Shown: piece by piece, positions 35,567 to 45,400 of the stretch
Position numbering within the stretch: the first letter of the stretch is position 1
How the letters are laid out: each line of letters begins with the position of its first letter
Assembly: GCA_029881335.1 (NCBI GenBank)
Contig: JAOUMU010000001.1
Location: 35,172 to 99,171 of the forward strand
Source: Nitrospinota bacterium
GTDB lineage: Bacteria > Nitrospinota_A > UBA7883
Reading direction: 5' to 3'
Length of the DNA: 64,000 nucleotides
Notes under the pieces: generated by a model
The model's database searches: none
The model's input: the letters and a program-made list of their open reading frames with translations, nothing else
Told to the model about the DNA's origin: nothing
Position numbers and translations under genes: made by a program

Positions 35567-36164
35567 CGGAAGGGTTCATCTCCATGGCCGGAGGCTGGAC
35601 AGGCTGCGGATTATTCTCCGGTGTCCCCAGCTTCCTTTGCATCTGATCCAGTCCGGTCATGTGTCCGATCTTCAGCTCCTCCCTGCCAGAGAGGTAAGCC
35701 TCAATTGGGCGTTGATCCACCGGCGTCAGGAACAACGCCTTGAGCCTGTCGTAATGGCCAATGAGCTTCAATATATCCTGCTCCCGGAAGTCCTTCTCCC
35801 AGTTGCCCACCAAAGCGTTCCACACCTGCACAATGGCCACTGCCTGGGGCTCTGTTATATTTGTGAACTCCACGTTAGGCTTAGTCTTGCGATAATTTTC
35901 TATGAACGTCTGCATATGAGGAACCACCGCCACGAATGGTGGACCACACCTGGGACAGTACATTTTTATCCGTTCGTCGGAATGACACTGGGTGCATATC
36001 CTCCTGGCCATGTCATAGGCCTCCAGCGGTTGATATTTTATATAACCGTTCGCCTTGGCCTCGCTGACTATCCGCTGGCTAAGCGGATTCGGAATGAATA
36101 TTACACCCAGAACCAGCAGCGTCAACACGCCCAGCGTAATTAACACAATGCGTTTTTTCTTCAT
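35517..36164 (-). CDS. membrane-anchored monohaem c-type cytochrome with an additional CPRC pair
   Basis: N-terminal TM, CTQCHSDERIKMYCPRCGPPF, and a His-rich C-terminus (HNHDDPNHKH). It is the first gene downstream of the sigma54 promoter. Confidence 0.5.
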   Translation of the reverse strand: MKKKRIVLITLGVLTLLVLGVIFIPNPLSQRIVSEAKANGYIKYQPLEAYDMARRICTQCHSDERIKMYCPRCGPPFVAVVPHMQTFIENYRKTKPNVEFTNITEPQAVAIVQVWNALVGNWEKDFREQDILKLIGHYDRLKALFLTPVDQRPIEAYLSGREELKIGHMTGLDQMQRKLGTPENNPQPVQPPAMEMNPSDGGANQHNHDDPNHKH

Positions 36165-36336
36165 AGGATGCTTTCTCTCTCCACCGGTTTAGACTTCCTG
36201 AAGTTTCATTCTATATAAGTTTTCCCTTTTGTTCAACCAATTGAGGGAGCAGACATAGCACCAATCATGTTACACAGAGAAATATTGCCTTTATTATTAA
36301 TGCGCAATCATGACGACTTTTGACACTCACAAGATG

Positions 36337-36352
36337 AGCAATATTTGTGCCG
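36337..36352 (-). promoter_or_regulatory. putative sigma54 (-24/-12) promoter driving the minus-strand cluster 36164->30756
   Basis: The minus strand reads CGGCAC-AAATA-TTGCT. The invariant GG and GC have canonical spacing and it matches TGGCAC-N5-TTGCW at 10 of 11 positions. It lies about 175 nt upstream of the start at 36164. Two sigma54 EBPs are encoded in the window. Confidence 0.45.
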
Positions 36353-36492
36353 GCTTACCATAATTCCAAATCCTGAACGCCACCGCGGCCATTGAGTTGA
36401 TTACCCAGCCCAGCGAAAGTATAATCAGCCAAAAGGCGCTCCCTCTTGTATATTCAGCCAGACGACACGGTGGCGCCGGTTGCTGGAGGCAA

Positions 36493-38253
36493 ATGAATCC
36501 CGACACGAAGAGAGTGGAAATAGAAGACAAGCCCCTGGGCTGGGCGATCTGGCCAAATCCCTGGGTGAACCTGGCGGCGGGGGTGGTCATGGTAGCCTTG
36601 GCGTTGGCGCTAATTTCCTTTAACGAGACGAGGGCTGTGGCTGGTGTTCAGGCGCTCACCAGCGGAGTGCTCCGCGCCGTCTCCCTTCCGGACAACGTCA
36701 TCTTTCCCGCTTATGAGGGGAAGCTGACCCATGTCACGGGCCGGCTATCAGGTCCCGCGGAAGTGGTGGATCCAATTTTCAAGGTAAAGGCTGAGTGTGT
36801 GTGCCTGATCCGGCGGGTGGAAACCAACTTGTGGGTGGAACTGGAGGAGACAGGTAAGGGTGGCCTGACCGGCTACAGCTACCAAACCCGCTGGACGGAG
36901 AAATGGATCGACTCCACCCGCTTCGTCAAGAGGGGGCACGATAATCCGGACAAGAAATTATTTCAATCCATGGGCTTCACCTCGAAAAAAGCCGGTCTGG
37001 GGGTGTTCAAGATCGATCCGCAGCTTTGCGCTGTTCACGATAGCCCCAGGCCCTTTCAGCTGACAGAGACTGATTTTGCGAATATGCCGGATAAAATGCG
37101 GATGCGCATGAAATTAAGGGCGGGAGCGCTGTACCAGAGTTTCAATCTGGACCACCCCGCCATAGGCGACACCAGAATATCCTATTGGCTGGTTGAGCCT
37201 GGCCCCGTCACCGCTCTGGCTTTGCAGACCGGCGACACGCTTTCCCCCGCAAAGACCGCCTCCGGCGAATTGGTGATGGGTCTTAAGAAAGGGGAGGCGC
37301 CGCTGGAGCAGATGTACAATCCTCCTTCGGCCCACGGAGTGGGGATGGGTGTTATCCTTCGGCTGGCCGGGTTGTTTGCGGCCTGGTTCGGGCTCATGCT
37401 GGTTATGGATCCCCTCTATCTGTTCATATCGCTGGCCCCGAGACTTCATGGCCTGCTGGAAAGAAGCTCTGGAAGGGAAACCGGCCTGGCCTCGCTCGGC
37501 TCCGGGCTTGCCGTCATGGCGCCTGCATGGATATCGTTTCAGCCTCTTGTCACCGGTGGATTGGCGCTGGCCGCGGCGGCGTCCCTGGGACTGATCGCGT
37601 GGGATATAAAAAAGGCCACGCCTAAGCCGCCACCACCACCGCCCGTCAAAAAGTTTATCCCGGAGGGCGTTACCGGCCCATATATAGACGGCTCCGGCTT
37701 GCCGGGTGGCGCCAGCTTGCCTGATGATGGGGTCTATAAACCTAGAAAACCGGCTTTTTTCGCGGTTCCGGCAGACGCTCCCGCAAAAGGCGCGGAGGAG
37801 CCTGCGGGGCCAGGCGGGGTATACAAGCCAAAACGGCCTCCATCTTTCAACGCGGCGGCCCCACGGGGAGAGATGGACCCATCCCACCCGGAGAACCAGT
37901 GGCCCGAGGCCTGGCCGAAGAGCGGAAGGAGCCATAGGATCGAGCGGGCGTTCGTGTTTCATGAACGCGACAGAATGGATAAAGGGAAAACCGCCGAGAT
38001 GATCCGCCGCAGGGAGACAAACCCTGGTGGTCTGCCACCGAAGGTTGGAAACATCACAGGTGTCCATGTGGGCGCATGGCCCAATGAAAAGGAGAAGCTC
38101 AACTTGCTGATCCGAAAAAGTGTGCCCGCTTATCTGAAGAAACATCCAGATGCTCCCCGCTATGACGACAAAGCCATCTACTCAATGAAAGTTTGGACAG
38201 GTAGCGATGACTTGTTGGGAAGGTACGCCGTGCTTCTGGTCATCCCCAAGTGA
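36493..38253 (+). CDS. polytopic membrane protein of unknown function with a Pro-rich linker and a duplicated GVYKP(R/K)(K/R)P motif
   Basis: The start is moved to the ATG at 36493, which has GGAGG 4 nt upstream. It has an N-terminal TM, an approximately 300-aa extracytoplasmic domain, three TM helices, then PPPPPPV and two GVYKPRKP/GVYKPKRP motifs. Topology resembles the TMEM43/DUF1625 family, tentatively. Confidence 0.4.
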   Translation: MNPDTKRVEIEDKPLGWAIWPNPWVNLAAGVVMVALALALISFNETRAVAGVQALTSGVLRAVSLPDNVIFPAYEGKLTHVTGRLSGPAEVVDPIFKVKAECVCLIRRVETNLWVELEETGKGGLTGYSYQTRWTEKWIDSTRFVKRGHDNPDKKLFQSMGFTSKKAGLGVFKIDPQLCAVHDSPRPFQLTETDFANMPDKMRMRMKLRAGALYQSFNLDHPAIGDTRISYWLVEPGPVTALALQTGDTLSPAKTASGELVMGLKKGEAPLEQMYNPPSAHGVGMGVILRLAGLFAAWFGLMLVMDPLYLFISLAPRLHGLLERSSGRETGLASLGSGLAVMAPAWISFQPLVTGGLALAAAASLGLIAWDIKKATPKPPPPPPVKKFIPEGVTGPYIDGSGLPGGASLPDDGVYKPRKPAFFAVPADAPAKGAEEPAGPGGVYKPKRPPSFNAAAPRGEMDPSHPENQWPEAWPKSGRSHRIERAFVFHERDRMDKGKTAEMIRRRETNPGGLPPKVGNITGVHVGAWPNEKEKLNLLIRKSVPAYLKKHPDAPRYDDKAIYSMKVWTGSDDLLGRYAVLLVIPK

Positions 38254-38326
38254 ACGCCTCTCCATTGGGCTCTGGTTCCTTCTCCCCCCAGGAGAGGGGA
38301 GCGTGAGTGCCGAAGTGGGCGACTAC

Positions 38327-40468
38327 TTATCTGATGAACTTGCGGACCCTGGGCAAAAGCTCTTTGGTAAGGGATTCCTTCGTGATGAAGTCGTCGGAAC
38401 CCTTCCTGATCGCCCGCTCGCGGGATTCCATTCGTGGGTCGGAGGTGATTATGATCACGGGGGAGGATTTGGTCTCCGGGGCCCGCTTGAGGGTATCCAG
38501 CGCTTCAAAACCGTCAACATCCGGCATGTTCAGGTCCAGGCAGATCAGGTCCGGCGCCCGGGAAATCGCAAGCGATATGGCCTCCGTGGCCGATTTTGCT
38601 TCAACTATCTCCGCGCCCAACGGCTCCAACAGCCTGCGGATCTCTCTTCTGGCCAGCCTTTCGTCGTCCACCACCAGGATGATGGGTCTTTTTTCCGGAA
38701 GCCTGGCGTAAAAAACGCTTCCTTTTCCCTTGGTGGACTCCACGGACAGATCCCCACCATGAGCGCGCATTATCTCCCGGCATAAGGGAAGGGCCAGTCC
38801 GGTTCCCCTCTCCCCATCGGTCCCTTCCTGCGAGGTTTTTACATCATGCCGAAATATGTTTGGCAGGGTGTCGTCGTCGATCCCCACTCCGTTATCCCGG
38901 ATGGCCACGGTGGTGGGCTGGCCCTGGGGGATGAAAAAGACAACCTCCCCTCCCCGATGGGTGAACTTTATGGCGTTGGACAAAATGTTGGAGAGTACTT
39001 CGCCGAAAAGGATAGAGTCGGCGTATACCCTGGTTCCCGGCGGGATGTTATTGACGATCCCGACCTTTTTGACCTGGGCGATGCTCCCCAAAAGGGAGAT
39101 GGCGGAGTCGGCGGTCGTGCTGGCGTCCTGAAAACTGGTGGCAAGTTTCACGGCCCCAATCCCCAGGCGGGAAAGGGAGAGGACTTCATTGATCATTTTC
39201 GTGGCCCTCTCCGAGCTTTCTATTATGGAATCGAAAAGCGGCCTGTTGTCAGGCTCCAGCAGGCTCACCTTCCCCTTTCCCAGCAGCTTGAGGAAAGCGA
39301 TGATGGAGGTGAAAGGGGACTTGAGGTCGTGGGCGATCAGGGAAATGTATTTGTCCTTGTCCCGGGTGGCCTTCTCCGCGGTCATCCTGGCCTGGACCAG
39401 CCTCTCCTCCGCCCTGCGTCTTTGCTCCTTGCTTTCATAACCATCCAGCAAGCTGGCGCAGGTGGCCAACAGGGGGCGCAAATGCGCCACCAGTTCCTCG
39501 TCATATCCGCCAGGGCGGTTTGCCAATCCTGCCATCCCAACTATCTTTCCGCCCAGGGTGAAGGGGACTCCCAGGTAGTTGGCCAGTTTTGGGTGTCCCT
39601 CCGGCAGGCCCCCTGCTCTTTTATCAGATTCCGGATCGTTGGATATTACCGCTTCCCCGGTCTTCAGGGTATATCCGAACAGGGTGTTCAGGTTACGAAA
39701 CTCCATACCTTCCGTGGAAATCTTGCGGAAGAGCCCGCGGGTGGTCTCGTTCCAGGATATGTCGCTTATGGCATGGGTCTTCATGTATGGCGTGCCGCCG
39801 GGGGTGTACAGCACCCTGCCGACAAAACCGAATTCGCTTTGCGTGAGTCCCAGCAGCTTGTCCAACAGGCTTTTGAAAAGTTGGCCCGCCGGGGCGTCGG
39901 AGATGAAAGCCGCTTGCATCAGGTGTATGGTTTCCATCATCCTGGTTTCCATCGGCTTGTCTACGGCGCCCGACTTCTCGGATGGCGATTCCTCTCCGAT
40001 GCCAGAAAACCTCGCCATGAAGCCGCCATGGCTTACACCGCTTCCCAGCGGCGTGATGACGCCGGTTAGCCGGGGCTCCCCAGCTCCAGTCCCTGGGGGG
40101 ATGTGGAACGTCACTGGCCGTCCGACGAGCTCGGCTTCATTAATCTGAGATCGCAGCCGCAGCAATGCGTTTTCGATTCCTTTTTCGCCTCCCAGAGCCG
40201 AATCAAGGGATCTGCTGGCCATAAGGAGTTTCCTCTCCTTGCTCATCAGGGCTAAGGGTAGGCCATCCGCCTTTAGGGCGCTTTCCATAAGGGCCGCCCT
40301 GGAGTATCCTTCCTCTATCCGGCTATGCAATTGGCGGGTTTCATTTTTCAGGCGGAAATATTCCTTGAGGATGGCCGCATATTCCAGCTTGCCACCCTTG
40401 TTGGCGGCAGGGTCGCTTTCGCCTTTCAAGTCCTTGGCGATATCATCATCCATTGGGCAGGATCCCAC
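38327..40468 (-). CDS. hybrid sensor histidine kinase: coiled-coil, GAF, HisKA, HATPase, C-terminal REC
   Basis: H-box IAHDLKSP. G-boxes DNGVGI and GTGLALPL. C-terminal receiver (ILVVDDERLARR...DLNMPDVDG). Confidence 0.8.
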   Translation of the reverse strand: MGSCPMDDDIAKDLKGESDPAANKGGKLEYAAILKEYFRLKNETRQLHSRIEEGYSRAALMESALKADGLPLALMSKERKLLMASRSLDSALGGEKGIENALLRLRSQINEAELVGRPVTFHIPPGTGAGEPRLTGVITPLGSGVSHGGFMARFSGIGEESPSEKSGAVDKPMETRMMETIHLMQAAFISDAPAGQLFKSLLDKLLGLTQSEFGFVGRVLYTPGGTPYMKTHAISDISWNETTRGLFRKISTEGMEFRNLNTLFGYTLKTGEAVISNDPESDKRAGGLPEGHPKLANYLGVPFTLGGKIVGMAGLANRPGGYDEELVAHLRPLLATCASLLDGYESKEQRRRAEERLVQARMTAEKATRDKDKYISLIAHDLKSPFTSIIAFLKLLGKGKVSLLEPDNRPLFDSIIESSERATKMINEVLSLSRLGIGAVKLATSFQDASTTADSAISLLGSIAQVKKVGIVNNIPPGTRVYADSILFGEVLSNILSNAIKFTHRGGEVVFFIPQGQPTTVAIRDNGVGIDDDTLPNIFRHDVKTSQEGTDGERGTGLALPLCREIMRAHGGDLSVESTKGKGSVFYARLPEKRPIILVVDDERLARREIRRLLEPLGAEIVEAKSATEAISLAISRAPDLICLDLNMPDVDGFEALDTLKRAPETKSSPVIIITSDPRMESRERAIRKGSDDFITKESLTKELLPRVRKFIR

Positions 40469-40667
40469 TCATGTATTCATCAGAATTCAATATTACCTTT
40501 AAAGCGCATGGCAAGCATTAGTGTGTAATATAAGTCCTTTCATCCCTTTTAGTGAAGTAATATTCACCTTTTCCAGGCGCCGGACGGCGGGCCGGTCTCA
40601 CGATTTCTTTTCTAGAATATCCTGGCGGGATAGCGCGAAAACCAGAATGCTGATAAAATAACTTCAA

Positions 40668-41924
40668 ATGGCTGAAAGCAATAACAGACACGAACCTAGC
40701 GACAAGGCATACAAGGAGATAGTTCGGTCGCTGCAGGAGATTAACGACCTGAGCAGCGTGGACGCCATCCTGGAAAAAGTGCTTTTGGAAGCGCGGGCTT
40801 TGACCAACGCGGACGCGGGTACCATTTTCCTGGTAGAAAAGGACAGGTTGCGTTTCAGCTATGTGCAGAACGAGACCCTGTTTTCCAGAGATAGCGTCAG
40901 CCCGGAGGTATATAGCAATTACACACTTCCCATAGACATCAAATCGATTGTCGGCTATTCCGCCACAACTGGGGAAACTGTTGACATACCAGACGCTTAC
41001 GCTTTGCCGAAGGGCGCTTCCTTCGGTTTCAACAAGGATTTCGACGTACAGAACAATTACCGCACCCAGTCGATCCTGGCCATTCCGCTGAAAAGCTACC
41101 AGCAAAGGATAGTGGGCGTGCTCCAACTGATCAACTCCAAGAACGAGGAAGGCACGATGGTTCCCTTTTCCTCGGAGCATAGAGACCTTTTGCCGGTGTT
41201 CACCATCAACGCCACCATAGCCATAGAACGGGGCGTCATGACCAGGGAACTGGTGCTGAGGATGATGAAGATGGCCGAACTGCGGGATCCCACGGAAACG
41301 GGCGCCCACGTTCTCCGGGTGGGGGCCTACGCGGCGGAGATATATCACCAGTGGGCGCTAAACCGGGGGGTGAACTGGAAGGAGCGCCGCCGATCCAAGG
41401 ACCTTATCCGTATTGCTGCCATGCTCCATGACGTGGGGAAGGTGGGGATATCGGACTTGATACTCAAAAAACCAGCCAGGCTCACAGACGAGGAATTTTT
41501 GACCATGAAATGGCATACCGCGCTGGGCGCCGGGCTTTTCTCCAACGCCACCAGCGAGCTGGATTCCCTCTCCCTGGACATAGCCCTGAACCACCACGAA
41601 AAGTGGGATGGATCCGGATATCCAGGGGACGTGGATATTGTCAATATGGACGACAACACCATGGGGAAAGGGAAAAAGGGTGAAGAGATTCCCCTTGGCG
41701 CCAGGATCGTGGCCCTGGCCGACGTGTTCGACGCGTTGGTCAGCCGCCGCTCATACAAGGAGCCAATGGCCTATGAACAGGCGTTGGGGATCATCAGGGA
41801 CGAGTCGGGAAGTCATTTCGATCCGGACGTGGTGAAGGCGTTCGAAGAGGTGTTCCACGTCTGCAAGGCGATCCACGCCAGGTACACCGCTGATACCCGT
41901 CTCAACGAAATCCCGACTGAATAA
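40668..41924 (+). CDS. GAF-domain HD-GYP phosphodiesterase (c-di-GMP)
   Basis: N-terminal GAF. HD motif MLHDVGKVGI. HHEKWDGSGYPGD HD-GYP signature. Confidence 0.8.
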   Translation: MAESNNRHEPSDKAYKEIVRSLQEINDLSSVDAILEKVLLEARALTNADAGTIFLVEKDRLRFSYVQNETLFSRDSVSPEVYSNYTLPIDIKSIVGYSATTGETVDIPDAYALPKGASFGFNKDFDVQNNYRTQSILAIPLKSYQQRIVGVLQLINSKNEEGTMVPFSSEHRDLLPVFTINATIAIERGVMTRELVLRMMKMAELRDPTETGAHVLRVGAYAAEIYHQWALNRGVNWKERRRSKDLIRIAAMLHDVGKVGISDLILKKPARLTDEEFLTMKWHTALGAGLFSNATSELDSLSLDIALNHHEKWDGSGYPGDVDIVNMDDNTMGKGKKGEEIPLGARIVALADVFDALVSRRSYKEPMAYEQALGIIRDESGSHFDPDVVKAFEEVFHVCKAIHARYTADTRLNEIPTE

Positions 41925-41942
41925 CGTCGCCACGAACTGCTT

Positions 41943-42404
41943 ATGAGCCTCGATTCACTGGTCACCACCCTCCACATCCTGGGCGGAGCCGCCTTCGCCG
42001 TGACTGTGGCTCTGATGCAGACCGTGTTGGGCCCGGCCATGGCCAGGATTCCCGCGGGCGAGCGAAAAACCGAGGCTGTGGCCATCATCCAGGGCAGAGC
42101 CAGGCTGGCTATGGACATCGTTATAGTAATTCAATCCCTCACCGCGGCGTATCTTCTTTTAACCCGCTGGGAAATGATCTCGGCCAGCCTGTGGCTGATG
42201 ACCAAAATATCCATTGGGACCGTGGCGCTGGCGACGGCTCTGCTCCTGCACTTTTACTGGCGGGGGAAGAAGGCCCGGCTCAAGGCTGCGGGGGAGGCCC
42301 AAAGATTCGAAGCGCTATCTTCCTGGACGCTGAAGATGGAAGGGGTCGTGCTGGCGGCGGCGCCGACGGCTTTTATCATGGGTGTGATCCTGGGCCATTT
42401 GTAA
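41943..42404 (+). CDS. small 4-TM membrane protein of unknown function
   Basis: 153 aa with four hydrophobic helices. No motifs. Confidence 0.35.
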   Translation: MSLDSLVTTLHILGGAAFAVTVALMQTVLGPAMARIPAGERKTEAVAIIQGRARLAMDIVIVIQSLTAAYLLLTRWEMISASLWLMTKISIGTVALATALLLHFYWRGKKARLKAAGEAQRFEALSSWTLKMEGVVLAAAPTAFIMGVILGHL

Positions 42405-42408
42405 GGGG

Positions 42409-45400
42409 CTATGGCGTGAGGGTGAACACCTCGTTTTTGGCCAGCATTTCTTTTATCTTCTCCCTGGAGACCGGCTTGCAAAATATGTAACCCTGCACCT
42501 GGTCGCACTTTATTCCGCTCAAAAAGGAGAGCTGCTCCAGGGTCTCCACTCCCTCGGCCACCACCTTCAGGTTTATCTCATGCGCCATGGAGACCACCGC
42601 CTTGGCCACGCTTTTTGCGTCCGGGTCTTTAAACAAGTCCACTACGAAGCTGCGATCCAACTTCAGATAATTGATGGGGAACTTCACCAGGTAGCTGAGG
42701 GAGGAGTAGCCGATGCCGAAATCGTCTATGGAAATGTTAAAGCCCCACTTGCGCAAAGCCCGCAGTTTTTCCACGGCGCTTTCGATATTTTTCACCAGGG
42801 CGTTTTCAGTAAGCTCCACCTCTATCCGCCTGGGGTTGAGGCCATGTTTTTTTGTGGCGCTTATCAGCTTGTCTACGAAATTCAACTGCTCCAGATCCTT
42901 GGCGGAGAAGTTTATCGATATGGATATCCCGGTCACCTCCTCTCCGGCCAGGCCTTCGGCCAGCAGTTCGTTCATGAAAACGCAGGCGGTGTCCAGCATC
43001 CATTCGTCCAGTTCGCGTATCAGGCCGGTATCCTCGGCCACGGGGATGAACTCTGCGGGCGAAATGGATCGCCCGTCGTGGGTCCATCGCATCAGCCCCT
43101 CTAGGCCCGCCATTTTTCCGGTGGCCAGTTCTATCTTCGGCTGAAAGACCGCCGATATCTCATTCTTTTCCAGCGCCTTTCTCAGCTTGCTTTCCAGTTC
43201 GTGGCGGCGCACAGCATTGTCGTTGAGCGACTTGGTGAAGAACATGAAGCTGTTCTTCCCCACGGTCTTGACGTTGTACATTGCCAGGTCAGCGTTTTTC
43301 AGCAGATCCTCGGCCGTTTGCCCATTTTGGGGATAGAGGGATATCCCCACACTAGAGGAGATGAACAGCTCCTCCTTCTTGTGGACAAACGGCTCGGAGA
43401 GAGAGGCGTTGATGCGCCTGGCCACTGCGGCGGCCTCTTCCTCGCTGGTCATATTCTCTATAATCACCGTGAACTCGTCGCCACCTAACCGGGCCACAGT
43501 GTCCTCCTCCCTGGCGCAACCCACCATGCGGATAGCCACACCTCGCAGCAATAGATCCCCCACGGCATGACCCAGGCTGTCATTGATCAATTTAAATCCG
43601 TCCAGATCCACGAAGAGGACAGCGAAAATGGCGTGGGCCCTTTTGGCCCTCACGATGGCATGTTTCAGCCGGTCTATGAAAAGCTGCCTATTGGGAAGCC
43701 CGGTAAGCGCATCGTGGTACGCCTTGTACTCCACCTCTTTTTCGCTGGCTCGCAATTCGGTGATGTCATAGAAAACCGCTGCGTACTGGGTGGTGGCCCC
43801 GGAAAAGTCCTTAATGGCGGTAATGGTGGTCTTTTGCAGGTATGCCTCCCCGCTTTTCCGCCTGTTCCAAATCTCACCTTTCCATCTCCCAGCCGACAAA
43901 AGCGTGTCCCACATCGACTTGTAAAACTCCTTGTCATGCTTTCCCGACTTCAGGATGCTAGGATTCCCTCCCACTGCCTCCCCGGAGGAATAGCCTGTTA
44001 TCTGGGTGAAGGCCGGATTGATCGACTGGATGATTCCCCTGGCATCGGTGACGACCACTCCTTCAGCGGAGTTTTCAAAGACGCTTGCCGCCAATTCCAG
44101 TTTCTCCTCGGTCTTTTTTCTCTCCGTGATATCCGTGGAGATGTTGCATATGGCGTATGGGTCGCCCGACATCCTGCGCAGAGGAAACTTCATGGAAAGG
44201 TAAACGTGCTTCTGATCACCAAACACAGCCTCCTCCTCCATCTCCCTGGGCTCAGAGCCCATCAGTGCCCGCATGTCGTTTTCCGCCAGACGGTCCGCCA
44301 CCTCCCTGGGAAATATGTCGTAATCGGTTTTCCCTTTGACCTGTTCCTTTCCCATCTTTATCAATCGGGCATATCGCCGGTTCACAAGGATATACTTCCC
44401 CTCCTTGTCCTTCAGGTAGATTATGGCCGTGGTGTTGTCTACGATGGTCTGCAAAAGCTGCTCCTGGCGGCGAACGTCTGTGATGGCTTCGCGCATGGCT
44501 TCATTGACCTTTACCAGGTCTGCGGTGGCCATCTCGGCCACCTCCCGGGCTTTGAGCAGTCCCTGAGAGTAACCTGACTGGATATGGGTGATCGCCAGGG
44601 AAAGCAAAGCCGACAGGGCCACCGTAATACCCAGGATTGTATAAAAAAGAAACCTCATGTTTATATAAGGCCCCAGAGCCTCGGCCTCATCTATCTCAGT
44701 AGCTATCCCCATCTCCAAATCCTTGTCCCACAACCAGCAGCCGATCACCCGCACCCCACGGTAATCACGATATCCGCTCGCTTCGCATCCACCCACCCCG
44801 GCTTTTACCTGTTGGGCCATCAGGGTCAGTGGCTGGGCCTCGCGGTCCATGGAGGGAGTCCATCCATCGACCAGGTCCCCGCCCGGGTCGCGAACCTGGA
44901 CAGATAATATGCCGGTCTCTCCTTCCTTCAGCAATCCAGCGGCCACCAGATGGGCCAGGAACCTGCTGTCTGTGAGCATAAGCCCGTCCCGGCTCAAGGC
45001 ATAGGTTTCGCCGGAGTAACCGATCCTGCCCAGTTGCATGACTCCGGTGAACTCAATGGCGGGATCGACTGTCAGCGCCAGAGCGGCGATCACTTTTCCA
45101 TCCTTATCCCATATGGGGGAGATGGCGAACATGACCGGGTAGTCCTCCACCAGCCTCCCGTCCGAGTCGGCCACCGGGATATGCGGCGTCATTGGAGGGG
45201 TCATTGTCGGCAAACCCTCCCTAAACACCCTCTCCAGCTGATCTTCGTTTTCTCTGGAGATTACGTTTTCCACCCCCAGGTCGTGATCTCCGGATGAGGC
45301 CACATTCAGATAATCTGGGGCAATGATAAAGAATCCCAACCCCTTGTGACGGGAGCGTAGCAGCTTCCTGGCGCCATGGAGTCCGGGACTGGATAGAATC

